64,000 nucleotides of DNA. Source: Tubiluchus corallicola. Taxonomy: Eukaryota > Animalia > Priapulida. Both the position numbers and the translations under genes were made by a program. Where the stretch lies: the NCBI GenBank assembly GCA_030141605.1, contig JAQGDQ010000502.1:62001-126000 (forward strand), in the 5' to 3' direction. Below, one piece after another: positions 24,401 through 32,086 of this stretch. Every line of letters starts with the position of its first letter. Positions within the stretch are counted from its first letter, which is position 1. Under the pieces are notes generated by a model that was given only the letters and a program-made list of their open reading frames with translations, searched no databases and had not been told where the DNA came from.

Positions 24401-27400
24401 AGGGTAATTAATTGGTCAGTGTGCATCAATTGTGCACCAGACTGTTTACCTGATGCACAATGCACAGGACGCCATTCCAACTACCCTGCAGAAACATGTA
24501 ACAGATATGAATTGAACAGTCTGTGCATCAGTGTGCATTATAAACCAGTTTAGCAGTCTGTTCAGATCACCTCGGTTACACCTTCCTGCAGGGTAGTTCA
24601 TTGAAATGGTGTTCTGTGCGTCCGTGTGCATTGTAAACTAGCTAAGTTGTCTATTCTATTCATCTCTGTAAAAGCTTTCTACATGGCAGCCAGACAGGCG
24701 TCCTGCTCACTAGTGTGCACCGTAAACTAGCCAAGCAGTTTGTCCAATTAATCTCTGTGACATCTTTCTTCTGTGTATCAACTTTGGATCCAATCCAGGG
24801 TTGAACTTCACAAGAGATTCTTCAAAACATGTAGCATCATAGGAGCACAACCTGCCATATGATTAACGTTAAAGTGTCTGGTAAAGTTTCCTGGAAGTTA
24901 GCCTCTGGACCGGAAGTTTGATGCAGAGATAATCGACCATACTACTCAACGAACTGAAGTAGGTTGATGATTTGGTGAGGCATTTAACATACGTTGCCTA
25001 CAGTTGGGTCTCTGGATGGCTGAGTTATCTCAAAAAATTATTTTATTAATAACACAAACAGCTACAACTGGATATATGTTTGGGGTAATTCTTTTTCTCC
25101 CTTAATCAACAGAACTAAAGATACTTCATATTAATTATAGTGGATCATTATTCGTTAATATGCCCGGGAGTATATTACACCCAAAATTGTAATATTATTG
25201 TATCTGACAAAATATTTTATTAACAGTGGTATCCGGAGGTATCTCATCATGCACCTAAGGTTCCAATTGTTCTGGTGGGAACGAAGTTAGACTTGAGAGA
25301 GAACAGCAAACAGACGGACTCTTCACTTAAGGTCTCATACGCCAAAGGTATACAATAAAATAAATGTAATTAGTTATCAGTCAGCCAAAACATTTGGCCA
25401 CTCCGTAACTCACACTGATCGGTCATACCAAAGTAACAATGCTATATTCAGCAGTTCACTGGTTCAGTGCGGTTCCCCGGCTTCTCTTCCCTTTGCCAAG
25501 ACGAGCACAACCTAGAGTTCTTATCATGTCTGATGTCATTACATGTGAAAAATGTCTAAAGGTAAAATAGCTAAGACATCAGTATATTGCAGAACACAGG
25601 TGAGTTTATTTATACAAATCAGTTAGTCATACAAATTATCCACAGCACATGTTGATTCTATGCTCTCTGACAGCCAACTGCCCAGGTAAGTTTTCTCTGA
25701 AGCAAGGAAGCCAGCAATTCTATGAAGGGTAAATGTTATGCATACTACATAGTTCAAGGATAAAAGTTTAGACTGTATATTAAGAAATAGACTTATTTTA
25801 CAGCTGAAATTTCTTGTGTGGGATTTTTAATGTTTTAACCAGAGACTACAATAATATGACATAATGAACAAAAATAATGACATATGACATAATAATAAAA
25901 AATAATGACATATGACATCGTGAACTTCACGACACTCCGACCAGGAAGTTGGAAATAACAAACTATTTGATACTTTAACCTTTTAAGTCATTTAACTTTT
26001 ACAAGAAATAAATTTGTTACATTTCTTAATCATTTTAAGAATAACATCTAACATCTTAAGTACGAGATGGCGCCACCAACCAGTTTGGGCGCCGTGGATA
26101 AATACGAATCACACCATTGCAAAACGGAGTATTTGGGCTATGTACAAAGAGGGTAAGTTTTTTTAAATCTAATTTAATAGTGACATTAAATTTCAAAGTA
26201 ATTTTGTATATAATTATCACGCTACATTCGTAACAAGTTTCATTACACACAACTTAACTATAAACTTGATATTTCTCTATTGAGTTTCACTACAAATAAC
26301 ATTCAATCTCTAGATTATAAAATCATCATGACGATTTGAGTACAAAGTATCGATTTAGGATACAAATTCGTAACAAAGCGCATCGATTTAGGATGCAAAT
26401 TCGTAACAAAAGGCATCGATTTAGGATGCACACGATTTACCAGTCGTTAGATTTAAATTACAAGTGGATTGCTAACCGAGGACATGCACAAGTACTATTA
26501 CTATTAGCAAGTATAATAAGCAATGACATCAAGCGTTGGCTACTCTTTGTGTTTATGATAAAGTTTGTACAGCATTTGCTTGGTTCGCCTGTAGGTTATG
26601 CTGTACATGGTCTATCATACAATTAGACACAATTTATCAATAACATTTCTATCATTACTTTTTTTCAGGTTTATAACAAAGAGCACGTTTTGTGCACAAG
26701 GTAAGTATAAGGTAACTCAGGTAAGTAATATTTTAACAACTTAACAAACAGTGTTAACAATAACAGCAACAAGTTGTTATTCAAATGATGTTAACAACAA
26801 TAGCAATACTAAACAATGCAAGGTATAAGGTAACTTAGGTAAGTAATATTTTAACAACTTACTAAGCAGCTATACAAACAGTGTTAACAATAACAGCAAC
26901 AAGTTGTTATTCAAATGATGTTAACAACAATAGCAATACTAAACAATGCAAAATTTATTTACAAAATCTTTAATGTTTCTGATTTTACAGGTAGATTTGA
27001 TCAAGGTGGATCTTGGGTTTCAATAGAAACAATTCGATATAAGTGGAAAGTTTTCCGACATTTGCAGGATCCACGTGGTAAGTTTGAATTAGAAATCAGG
27101 ATTACATCATTATCGTTTGACGGAATAATTACAACATTTTTCATAGAGTTTGGCTTTCTAATTTGTGTATATGCATACTGTGTCAAAGATAGCCACATGA
27201 TTTTAAATGGAAATTTAATTCCATACATGAAAACTTTTATGGCTCTAAACATGAATGCAATAAGAAATAAAAGCCAATCCAGAAAGGAAAAGTCATTAAT
27301 ATTAATAACTTTACCAACAGCTTTATGACATGTGACAATGTCAGAAATAGGACACCCACTTTCAAAGAGTACTTCCTTTTTAGGGGGTATTTCTGACTGT

Positions 27401-30400
27401 ATTTGGGACGTCTCTTCTGAAGCCAGTGTAGGAACTGAACTGGAAACAGGCGAAACATCTGGTCGTGTTGTCTGATAGTTATCAGTTACAGACACTGGAC
27501 CTGTTTGATGTATCTCAGATTTGGAGCAACTTAATGTACTACTACTATTCAGTAATGAATCCGTTAATGTGCAATCAAGCTCAGGCTGAAGACAAAATAA
27601 TGAGTTTTCTGAACAAATTATAGATTCATTGTTCGCCAAGGTGTCTGTTTTTTCAACTACCCCTGTAAGTATATAGCCTAAAAGGCTTGCATACAGGAAG
27701 AGGCCGGGTGACACTTCCTGTTTTTCTGCTCCTAGAATTTTGAGGTAGTTATCACATCCAATTAATAACTGCATATCACCTTCAAGGTTCCCATCAGGAA
27801 GAGAATCGGCAAGTAGGCCCTCCCATGGCTTAAGTTTTGAGTACACTTGGGCTGGAAGAGAGGGGCGACCTCTGAATTTTGCAATAAACGGGACTACTCG
27901 AACATCGATATTAATTCTAGTGGAATTATTTTTGCCAAACAATGCAACCTTTGCTTGATGACATCGCACAGGAACATACCCTTTACAAGCGAATGTAGAA
28001 ACATTCACATAACTAGGATTTTCCAATTTCAGATTTAACTTTTTTGCTAATGACTCTGTAATGTATGTGCCATTACTACCTGTATCCATCAAACCTCTAA
28101 CTGTAATGCCTGATTTAGAATTATTAGAGACATCAGAGTGGCACATTCTCACTAAAACTGTCTGCATAAGTACAGCTTCTGTTTCTGAATTAAACATGAC
28201 AGTGTCACTGAGTAAATTTTGTTCTAATTTTGCCTCGACAATTCTGTTGTTTTCAACTTTGTCACAAAGTGAAACATGATGTTTTTGGCCACACACAAAA
28301 CATGTAAATTTGCAGTCAACCTCAGTGTGTTTACTAGAAAGACAGACTTTGCAACGTTTACGCTTTTCTACTACTTTCAGTTTTTCTGCTATGGTAAATT
28401 TGTTGCAAAAGCCTGAAGAATGGTTTCGGTTGTCACAATATAGACAGGGCATTTTAATGCGGTTATTCTGTGACCTCTTTGCCTTGTCGTTATTGTTACC
28501 ATTACCAGTAACTCTTTCTGAACTTTTTGGTTTGTAAATTTTAGCATGTTTTGATTTTTCAGCTGCAAATGTAGTGAGAGATAACTCAGAGTTACAAGCC
28601 ATGTCATCGTTGCCAACTGCATTGTATAGAGGGAATGTACTGTCGCCTGCTGTAAGTACACTTTCTTTAATGTGAACAGATGCTGGTCTTTGATTGTTTC
28701 TACTAATGGGTTTCTTTGAAATTTCTTTAAGGCTTTGAAGCCCACACTCATTAGTAGAAATCTCAAAGTTGTTAACATATCGATACATAGTATCTATTAA
28801 TCTCTCTAATTGCCAATTAGAACCAGGAGTAGCATCTGGACAAAGGTTTCTAAGCTGAAAACCCATAGTTATGGGAAGTTTCTTAAGAATGCCTGAGACA
28901 ATGTAATGATCATCGACTGGACGACCTAACACTGTCAATGACCTTATAATGACCTCTATGTCATCAAGAAACCTTCGTAAATCGTTGGCATTGTTTTTGA
29001 CGGGTTCAATGTCGTCAAGTTGTTTCAGATAATTTGTCACCATGTGATCAGTTCTGCCAAAGCGTTTCATCAAGTGACCAACAGCAGCAGGATAGTTATT
29101 GGCAGTTCTACGGTATGTCTTGATAATTCTATATGCATTCCCTTTCAAGCAGCCCAACAAGTAATTGAACTTTTTACTATCCGTTAAATCGGGTCTTGAG
29201 TGTATTTCATCATTAAAAACACTCCAAAATTCTTCAAAATCATCCTCACCCTCCCCCGAAAAGGAAGGCAATTTAAATTTTGGCAATCTAGTATACACAG
29301 TGCTTGCATGACTAACGTTCCAGGGATTTAGCTGTGATGTCATATTAGGCACAGCAGAAACAGGTGTGCTTGATACTACAGGTAATCTAGTATACACAGT
29401 GTTTGCATGACTGACGTTCACAGCATTTAGCTGTGATGTTATATTAGGCACAGCAGAAACAGGTGTGCTTGATACTACAGGTACAGGTTCACTGACCTTC
29501 AAGTGACAGGTTTCTAATGACCTAATTCTGGCTTCAATCTTAGAACTAAGTTCAGACAAATTTCTGTTCAATGTAGTTTGTGAAGCAAGAAATTCTTTAA
29601 CTTCATCCAAATGGGAACTATCATCTGAACTACAATAAATATATGATAGCTTGTCATACAACTCTGTGAGTTTTTCAGTCGAAAATCTCAAATCAGTAAT
29701 TGCAGCATTACATCTGTCAACAAAGTTTTGATAATTAGCAATACATTCGTCAAATTCTAAGTCTAACAATGTAGTACATGTGAAAAACACCTCACCATAG
29801 TGCTGTGAGTTTATTTTCAGGTTCTGGATCAGTATCTTCACCTCCAGCTGGTGTCCATGCAATGGATCTTTGTCTGGAACCACCTTCGGAATTGTTCCAG
29901 TTGCAGCTGTTGGGGTGGCTCCATGTGCTGGGGTAGCTGGAATATGTAGTTGCTGCTCATAGTCCGGTTCCTCGTCGTCTGAGTCCTTAGAACCATGGTC
30001 CATAATGGTCACTCCTTGCTTTGATGAGTCCTTGTTTGGTTGCATTGGCTGGAATAATTGTCCAGTCCTTGTGTCATGACCTTTAGGTTCACCCTCCCAC
30101 GGCGGCGTATAAAGAATAGTCTTGTCGCTTGTGGTTGTTGTGGTGGCCATACTCAAACAAGGTTAACTTGCAGTCGTCTGGATTCCAAATTAGAAGCACC
30201 AATACTGTCCATATATTTAGCACTCAGTATAAACAGGAACAGAGTAACTGTATCACTTGGTTTGCAGCCTTATACCAAGCAAACTGATTTCTTTTCCAAG
30301 CAGAGCAACTGTATCACCTGGTTTGTAGCTTTGTAGATATCAAACTGATTTTTTTTTCTTTCAAATAAAGTCCTAGCATAATTTCCTTGGTTCTATAAAC

Positions 30401-32086
30401 TTGTATAAAATGAAGAATTTCGGCACCATGTGAAAAATGATCCCGGGTTTCGGCACCATGTGAAAAATGTCTAAAGGTAAAATAGCTAAGACATCAGTAT
30501 ATTGCAGAACACAGGTGAGTTTATTTATACAAATCAGTTAGTCATACAAATTATCCACAGCACATGTTGATTCTATGCTCTCTGACAGCCAACTGCCCAG
30601 GTAAGTTTTCTATGAAGCAAGGAAGCCAGCAATTCTATGAAGGGTAAATGTTATGCATAATACATAGTTCAAGGATAAAAGTTTAGACTGTATATTAAGA
30701 AATAGACTTATTTTACAGCTGAAATTTCTTGTGTGGGATTTTTAATGTTTTAACCAGAGACTACAATAATATGACATAATGAACAAAAATAATGACATAT
30801 GACATAATAATAAAAAATAATGACATATGACATCGTGAACTTCACGNNNNNTACAATCCTTTTCATGGTTTCGTTGTGCGCACGCACAGTTGCTGTAAGT
30901 CAAAGGGTCAGTGTACCACAGCAACGCGTCTCAATTAAAAGCGTCACGTGATGTGTGGCAAAAGCAAATCGTTCTCCTGTATTAGTTCAGTAAATTAAAT
31001 GTCAGTTGTTTTACGTGGATTTTCCTTATGCGTTGTCTGGATAGGTACACAATCGACATTTTCACAATCATCATTAATCACTGGAACTGTGAAAAGGCTT
31101 ATTATGGTCATTCCCCGTTCTGCACACAAGTATCACCCTTCGAGCTTCTACGCTTTCATCTAACTGCTGTTTATTTTCTATAAATTCCATTTCTTAATGC
31201 CCTTACTAATCGTAAAAGAAAACTATTTCAGTGTTCATAATAGTCTTTATCAAAACACTTATTTATCATTCCTTCAGACTGCTCACAACATAACGCATGT
31301 TCTGTAGTATCTTCTTCTTCTTTTCTGCACTTGGGACATAGTAAATCTTCCCACTTATTTCCTGTGAAATTACATTTCATTTCCATCATATTTCTAATAT
31401 CCGTGAGTCCACACTCACTAACTGTTTTTCGTATTTCTCCCCATTAAGAAGTATTAATTTTGTCATTCTCTGTATTCTATCTTTGTGCTCTTGCAAATTG
31501 CAATATTTCTTGGTTTATAGATTTCGTATTTCTCTTTTCCAAACTGATTTTTCAGTTTCAGTATTTTTAAGTTGCTCCATCTTTTTCTGTTCCATAATTT
31601 TCTATTATCTCTTTTATTTCCAAACACTAAAAATCTTTATAATTGTCTTTTTCTTGCTCATTTACTACTTGCTTTACTAATCTATTTTCTAGTGCATTCG
31701 TCGGTGAGTAATAAAACATTACCCTTTTATGTATAGGCCACACACCTGTTTCTGCTAACAATATGGAGTGCTTATTTTTTCAAATGTTTAATTGATAGGC
31801 GATTAACTTGAGTTAGGGCATGTAGTGTACGGCAGAATCAATACAATGCAATGTAATGGTAGCTTTTGTCGTGTCATGGGACTCATTTCCATAATTATGC
31901 AGTATGTGGCTTATGTGTTTTCATTTTATTTCAGGCTTAGATCTTGGAGTCAAAATCAAAGCCTATAAATACGTGGAATGTTCAGCTCTGACGCAAAATG
32001 GTTTAGTAACGGTTTTTGATGAAGCCATCAAAGCAGCCCTGACACCCGCAAGGAAACCTAAACATAATCATTGCCGGCTTTTATAG
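9472..32086 (+). CDS. Rho-family small GTPase, Rac/Mtl(MIG-2)-like, 190 aa; exons 9472-9518, 10874-10945, 12627-12744, 24209-24271, 25227-25347, 31935-32086
   Basis: Spliced product contains [53 protein letters not shown] and the CaaX box CRLL. All introns are GT-AG and phase-consistent, and the 72/118/63-nt exons match the classic Rac exon pattern. Confidence 0.92.
12046..12600 (+). mobile_element. Decayed, internally deleted Tc1/mariner element in GTPase intron 2
   Basis: ~60-bp imperfect terminal inverted repeats (GCAAAAGCAGGTT..CCATTACCATTTATTAC..CAGTGAGAATA and its reverse complement at ~12540-12597). A degenerate Tc1/mariner WPxxSPDL motif (WPSYSPDL) lies inside. Confidence 0.7.
13150..13320. 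repeat. Interspersed repeat; inverted copy at ~34015-34185
   Basis: ATTGCCTAAAGTTTGAAAAAATAGCGCACACATCATTCGTAG here is the reverse complement of CTACGAATGATGTGTGCGCTATTTTTTCAAACTTTAGGCAAT at ~34048-34089. Confidence 0.75.
15203..15620 (-). pseudogene. Decayed 3' fragment of a non-LTR retrotransposon ORF2 (RTE-like C-terminus)
   Basis: Peptide [20 protein letters not shown]...KRPRGG..T resembles the R(L)xWxGHxxR / RxRGRP motif found after the RT domain of RTE-type LINEs. The upstream frame is broken. Confidence 0.55.
16392..16677 (+). repeat. 5' LTR of element 1 (286 bp)
   Basis: Direct repeat of 23414-23699 with one visible mismatch (T16533 vs G23555). Confidence 0.95.
16760..19948 (+). CDS. 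BEL/Pao Gag-protease region: SAP domain, glycogenin GT8 domain (~17276-18045), capsid-like (DUF1759-type) region, CCHC zinc knuckles, aspartic protease. The frame reads on out of register to a stop at 20374.
   Basis: SAP-like [27 protein letters not shown]. Glycogenin motifs [62 protein letters not shown]. Gag [15 protein letters not shown], knuckles [10 protein letters not shown] and [11 protein letters not shown], protease ALLDPGS. Confidence 0.93.
19954..23268 (+). CDS. BEL/Pao Pol: reverse transcriptase, RNase H, integrase (-1 frame relative to Gag-PR)
   Basis: RT motifs [22 protein letters not shown] and YVDD. RNase H motifs HHFSDAS, TIPRLEL, FWCDS and NPAD. Integrase HHCC, GIDCFGP, SDCGTNF and GGVWE, with a C-terminal BEL-type SSDGLVRSV...RPIHK. 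Confidence 0.95.
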   Translation: MDAVGDSIQYSRDDKMALRIWEKSITKRNGHYELEIPFKSSDDNIPDSFQMASKRLASLRCRLSKNKLLHEKYTQAMADLLEKGYAEEVVEHDTNVATWYLPHFPVFNENKPEKTRIVFDCSATEDAVSLNMLAVQGPDLTNKLLGVLLRFREYPVVIMADVREMFHQVYVAPKNRDMLRFLWWKDGNLDAPPSIFRMTVHLFGGVWSPSVASFALQQTARDNVNCFDEHTLNTVLHSLYVDDLLKSVETAKEAILLMSKLTQILDTGGFHLTKWISNDRDVLACVPIEERGKNIKNLDLTQDDLPNERALGVKWDVKSDMLGIQVKLRKKPSTKRGLLSSLASTYDPLGMVSPFILQAKRLFQNECRIHEKSWDDRLEGETEKSWDKWKSDCPALEYFTLDRCLKPRDFGRIAVLQLHHFSDASQYAYGTVTYARMENADGVVHTAFVMAKSRLAPIKGLTIPRLELCAAVLASTVDKQLRRELSIPISESVFWCDSTIVLQYIRNTTRRFHTFVQNRVTTILESSSPVQWHYISTADNPADDVSRGMDANALVKSQRWKYGPSFLRKGQHEWPQHDPSKVNDELNDDKEVKQTTCSTTVKDIQDRNDTISKLIEHFSSFYKLKKAAAWILRLKDILQKKIRGEKPEVPPKLTVQELTRAQDALVKFVQTQNFDIEYRALTQKSAKLMRIPRSSRLRKLDPFICEKGLLRVGGRLKNACLQEGARHPLILPKRHKLSELIIRHYHETNGHIGREHVIALVRNEFWIIHARALARKVLYECRHCRIRKPSFLDQKMADLPIDRLQPSDAFTTIGIDCFGPIETKRGRSHIKRYGVIFTCLATRSVHLEVLFDMSTDSVIKAIHRFCCRRRKPDKIRSDCGTNFVGASRELRKSIAEWNNDVIHSELLQRQIEWEFNPPRAPHMGGVWESLIKSVKKILNSLSNEQTLDDEGLATLFCIVENIVNSRPLTTVSDDVDDFNPLTPNHFLQMSAVPNLPLGKFCQADLFRRKWRQIQYLSDIFWRRWLTEYLPTLQTRSKWNKEQKNVEIGDIVLVLDETPRNHWMLGRIIEARKSSDGLVRSVTLKTRDGTLKRPIHKISLIECNN
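23414..23699 (+). repeat. 3' LTR of element 1 (286 bp)
   Basis: Direct repeat of 16392-16677, preceded by the PPT and followed by the TSD GCTAG. Confidence 0.95.
24335..24780. repeat. Degenerate ~90-bp repeat cluster with one inverted unit in GTPase intron 4
   Basis: GTGTGCA(T/C)..TAA..CAG/TAG....CTGTTCAATTCATCTCTG-like units start near 24340, 24530, 24624 and 24713. An inverted copy (ACCCTGCAGAAACATG.AACAGA.ATGAATTGAACAG) lies at ~24483-24519. Confidence 0.65.
25544..25934 (-). repeat. 3' LTR of element 2
   Basis: TG...CA bounded and repeated at 30459-30846. On the minus strand it is preceded by CCTGGTCGGAG, a BEL-like PPT. Confidence 0.9.
26350..26952. repeat. Tandem repeats in the 3' non-coding region of element 2
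   Basis: A 33-bp unit (ATCGATTTAGGAT.CAAATTCGTAACAAA..) x~2.5 at ~26350-26430, and a ~120-130-bp unit x2 at ~26705-26952. Confidence 0.8.
27001..30156 (-). CDS. Gag-protease polyprotein of element 2 (1051 aa) with an unrelated C-terminal tail
   Basis: [21 protein letters not shown]...KFNYL (DUF1759-type Gag). Three knuckles [30 protein letters not shown]. Protease LMDTGS..Y and LLIGCD, an internal 33-aa tandem duplication, and no RT/RNase H/IN motifs. Confidence 0.9.
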   Translation of the reverse strand: MSMATTTTTSDKTILYTPPWEGEPKGHDTRTGQLFQPMQPNKDSSKQGVTIMDHGSKDSDDEEPDYEQQLHIPATPAHGATPTAATGTIPKVVPDKDPLHGHQLEVKILIQNLKINSQHYGEVFFTCTTLLDLEFDECIANYQNFVDRCNAAITDLRFSTEKLTELYDKLSYIYCSSDDSSHLDEVKEFLASQTTLNRNLSELSSKIEARIRSLETCHLKVSEPVPVVSSTPVSAVPNITSQLNAVNVSHANTVYTRLPVVSSTPVSAVPNMTSQLNPWNVSHASTVYTRLPKFKLPSFSGEGEDDFEEFWSVFNDEIHSRPDLTDSKKFNYLLGCLKGNAYRIIKTYRRTANNYPAAVGHLMKRFGRTDHMVTNYLKQLDDIEPVKNNANDLRRFLDDIEVIIRSLTVLGRPVDDHYIVSGILKKLPITMGFQLRNLCPDATPGSNWQLERLIDTMYRYVNNFEISTNECGLQSLKEISKKPISRNNQRPASVHIKESVLTAGDSTFPLYNAVGNDDMACNSELSLTTFAAEKSKHAKIYKPKSSERVTGNGNNNDKAKRSQNNRIKMPCLYCDNRNHSSGFCNKFTIAEKLKVVEKRKRCKVCLSSKHTEVDCKFTCFVCGQKHHVSLCDKVENNRIVEAKLEQNLLSDTVMFNSETEAVLMQTVLVRMCHSDVSNNSKSGITVRGLMDTGSNGTYITESLAKKLNLKLENPSYVNVSTFACKGYVPVRCHQAKVALFGKNNSTRINIDVRVVPFIAKFRGRPSLPAQVYSKLKPWEGLLADSLPDGNLEGDMQLLIGCDNYLKILGAEKQEVSPGLFLYASLLGYILTGVVEKTDTLANNESIICSENSLFCLQPELDCTLTDSLLNSSSTLSCSKSEIHQTGPVSVTDNYQTTRPDVSPVSSSVPTLASEETSQIQSEIPPKKEVLFESGCPISDIVTCHKAVGKVININDFSFLDWLLFLIAFMFRAIKVFMYGIKFPFKIMWLSLTQYAYTQIRKPNSMKNVVIIPSNDNDVILISNSNLPRGSCKCRKTFHLYRIVSIETQDPP
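30439..30458 (-). promoter_or_regulatory. Primer-binding site complementary to the 3' end of tRNA-Phe
   Basis: The minus strand reads TGGTGCCGAAACCCGGGATC directly after the 5' LTR. The plus strand GATCCCGGGTTTCGGCACCA is the recalled 3' end of animal tRNA-Phe including CCA. Confidence 0.85.
30459..30849 (-). repeat. 5' LTR of element 2
   Basis: Repeat of 25544-25934; the terminal three bases fall in the NNNNN gap at 30847-30851. Confidence 0.88.
30856..31103. mobile_element. MITE-like element (family also at 48239-48606 and ~60925-61266)
   Basis: Shares the ..CTTTTCA..GTTTCGTTGTGCGCACGC.CAGTTGCTGTA.GTCAAAGG left arm and the AACTGTGAAAAGGCTTATT terminus with the other copies. Confidence 0.65.

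Larger units (their letters stand above)
25544..30849 (-). mobile_element. Second BEL/Pao-type LTR retrotransposon, non-autonomous (Gag-protease only), antisense in GTPase intron 5
   Basis: 391-bp LTRs at 25544-25934 and 30459-~30849 (outer end in an N gap) with two visible mismatches. tRNA-Phe PBS at 30439-30458. The left flank ATTACA is compatible with NNTACA on the right (probable 6-bp TSD). Confidence 0.9.

Noticed and set aside
26350-26430. CRISPR-like array of 33-bp repeats
   Set aside because: The units are directly tandem without unique spacers, the context is eukaryotic, and there are no cas genes.
30439-30458. tRNA-Phe gene
   Set aside because: Only the 3' 20 nt including CCA are present, adjacent to an LTR, so it is a PBS.
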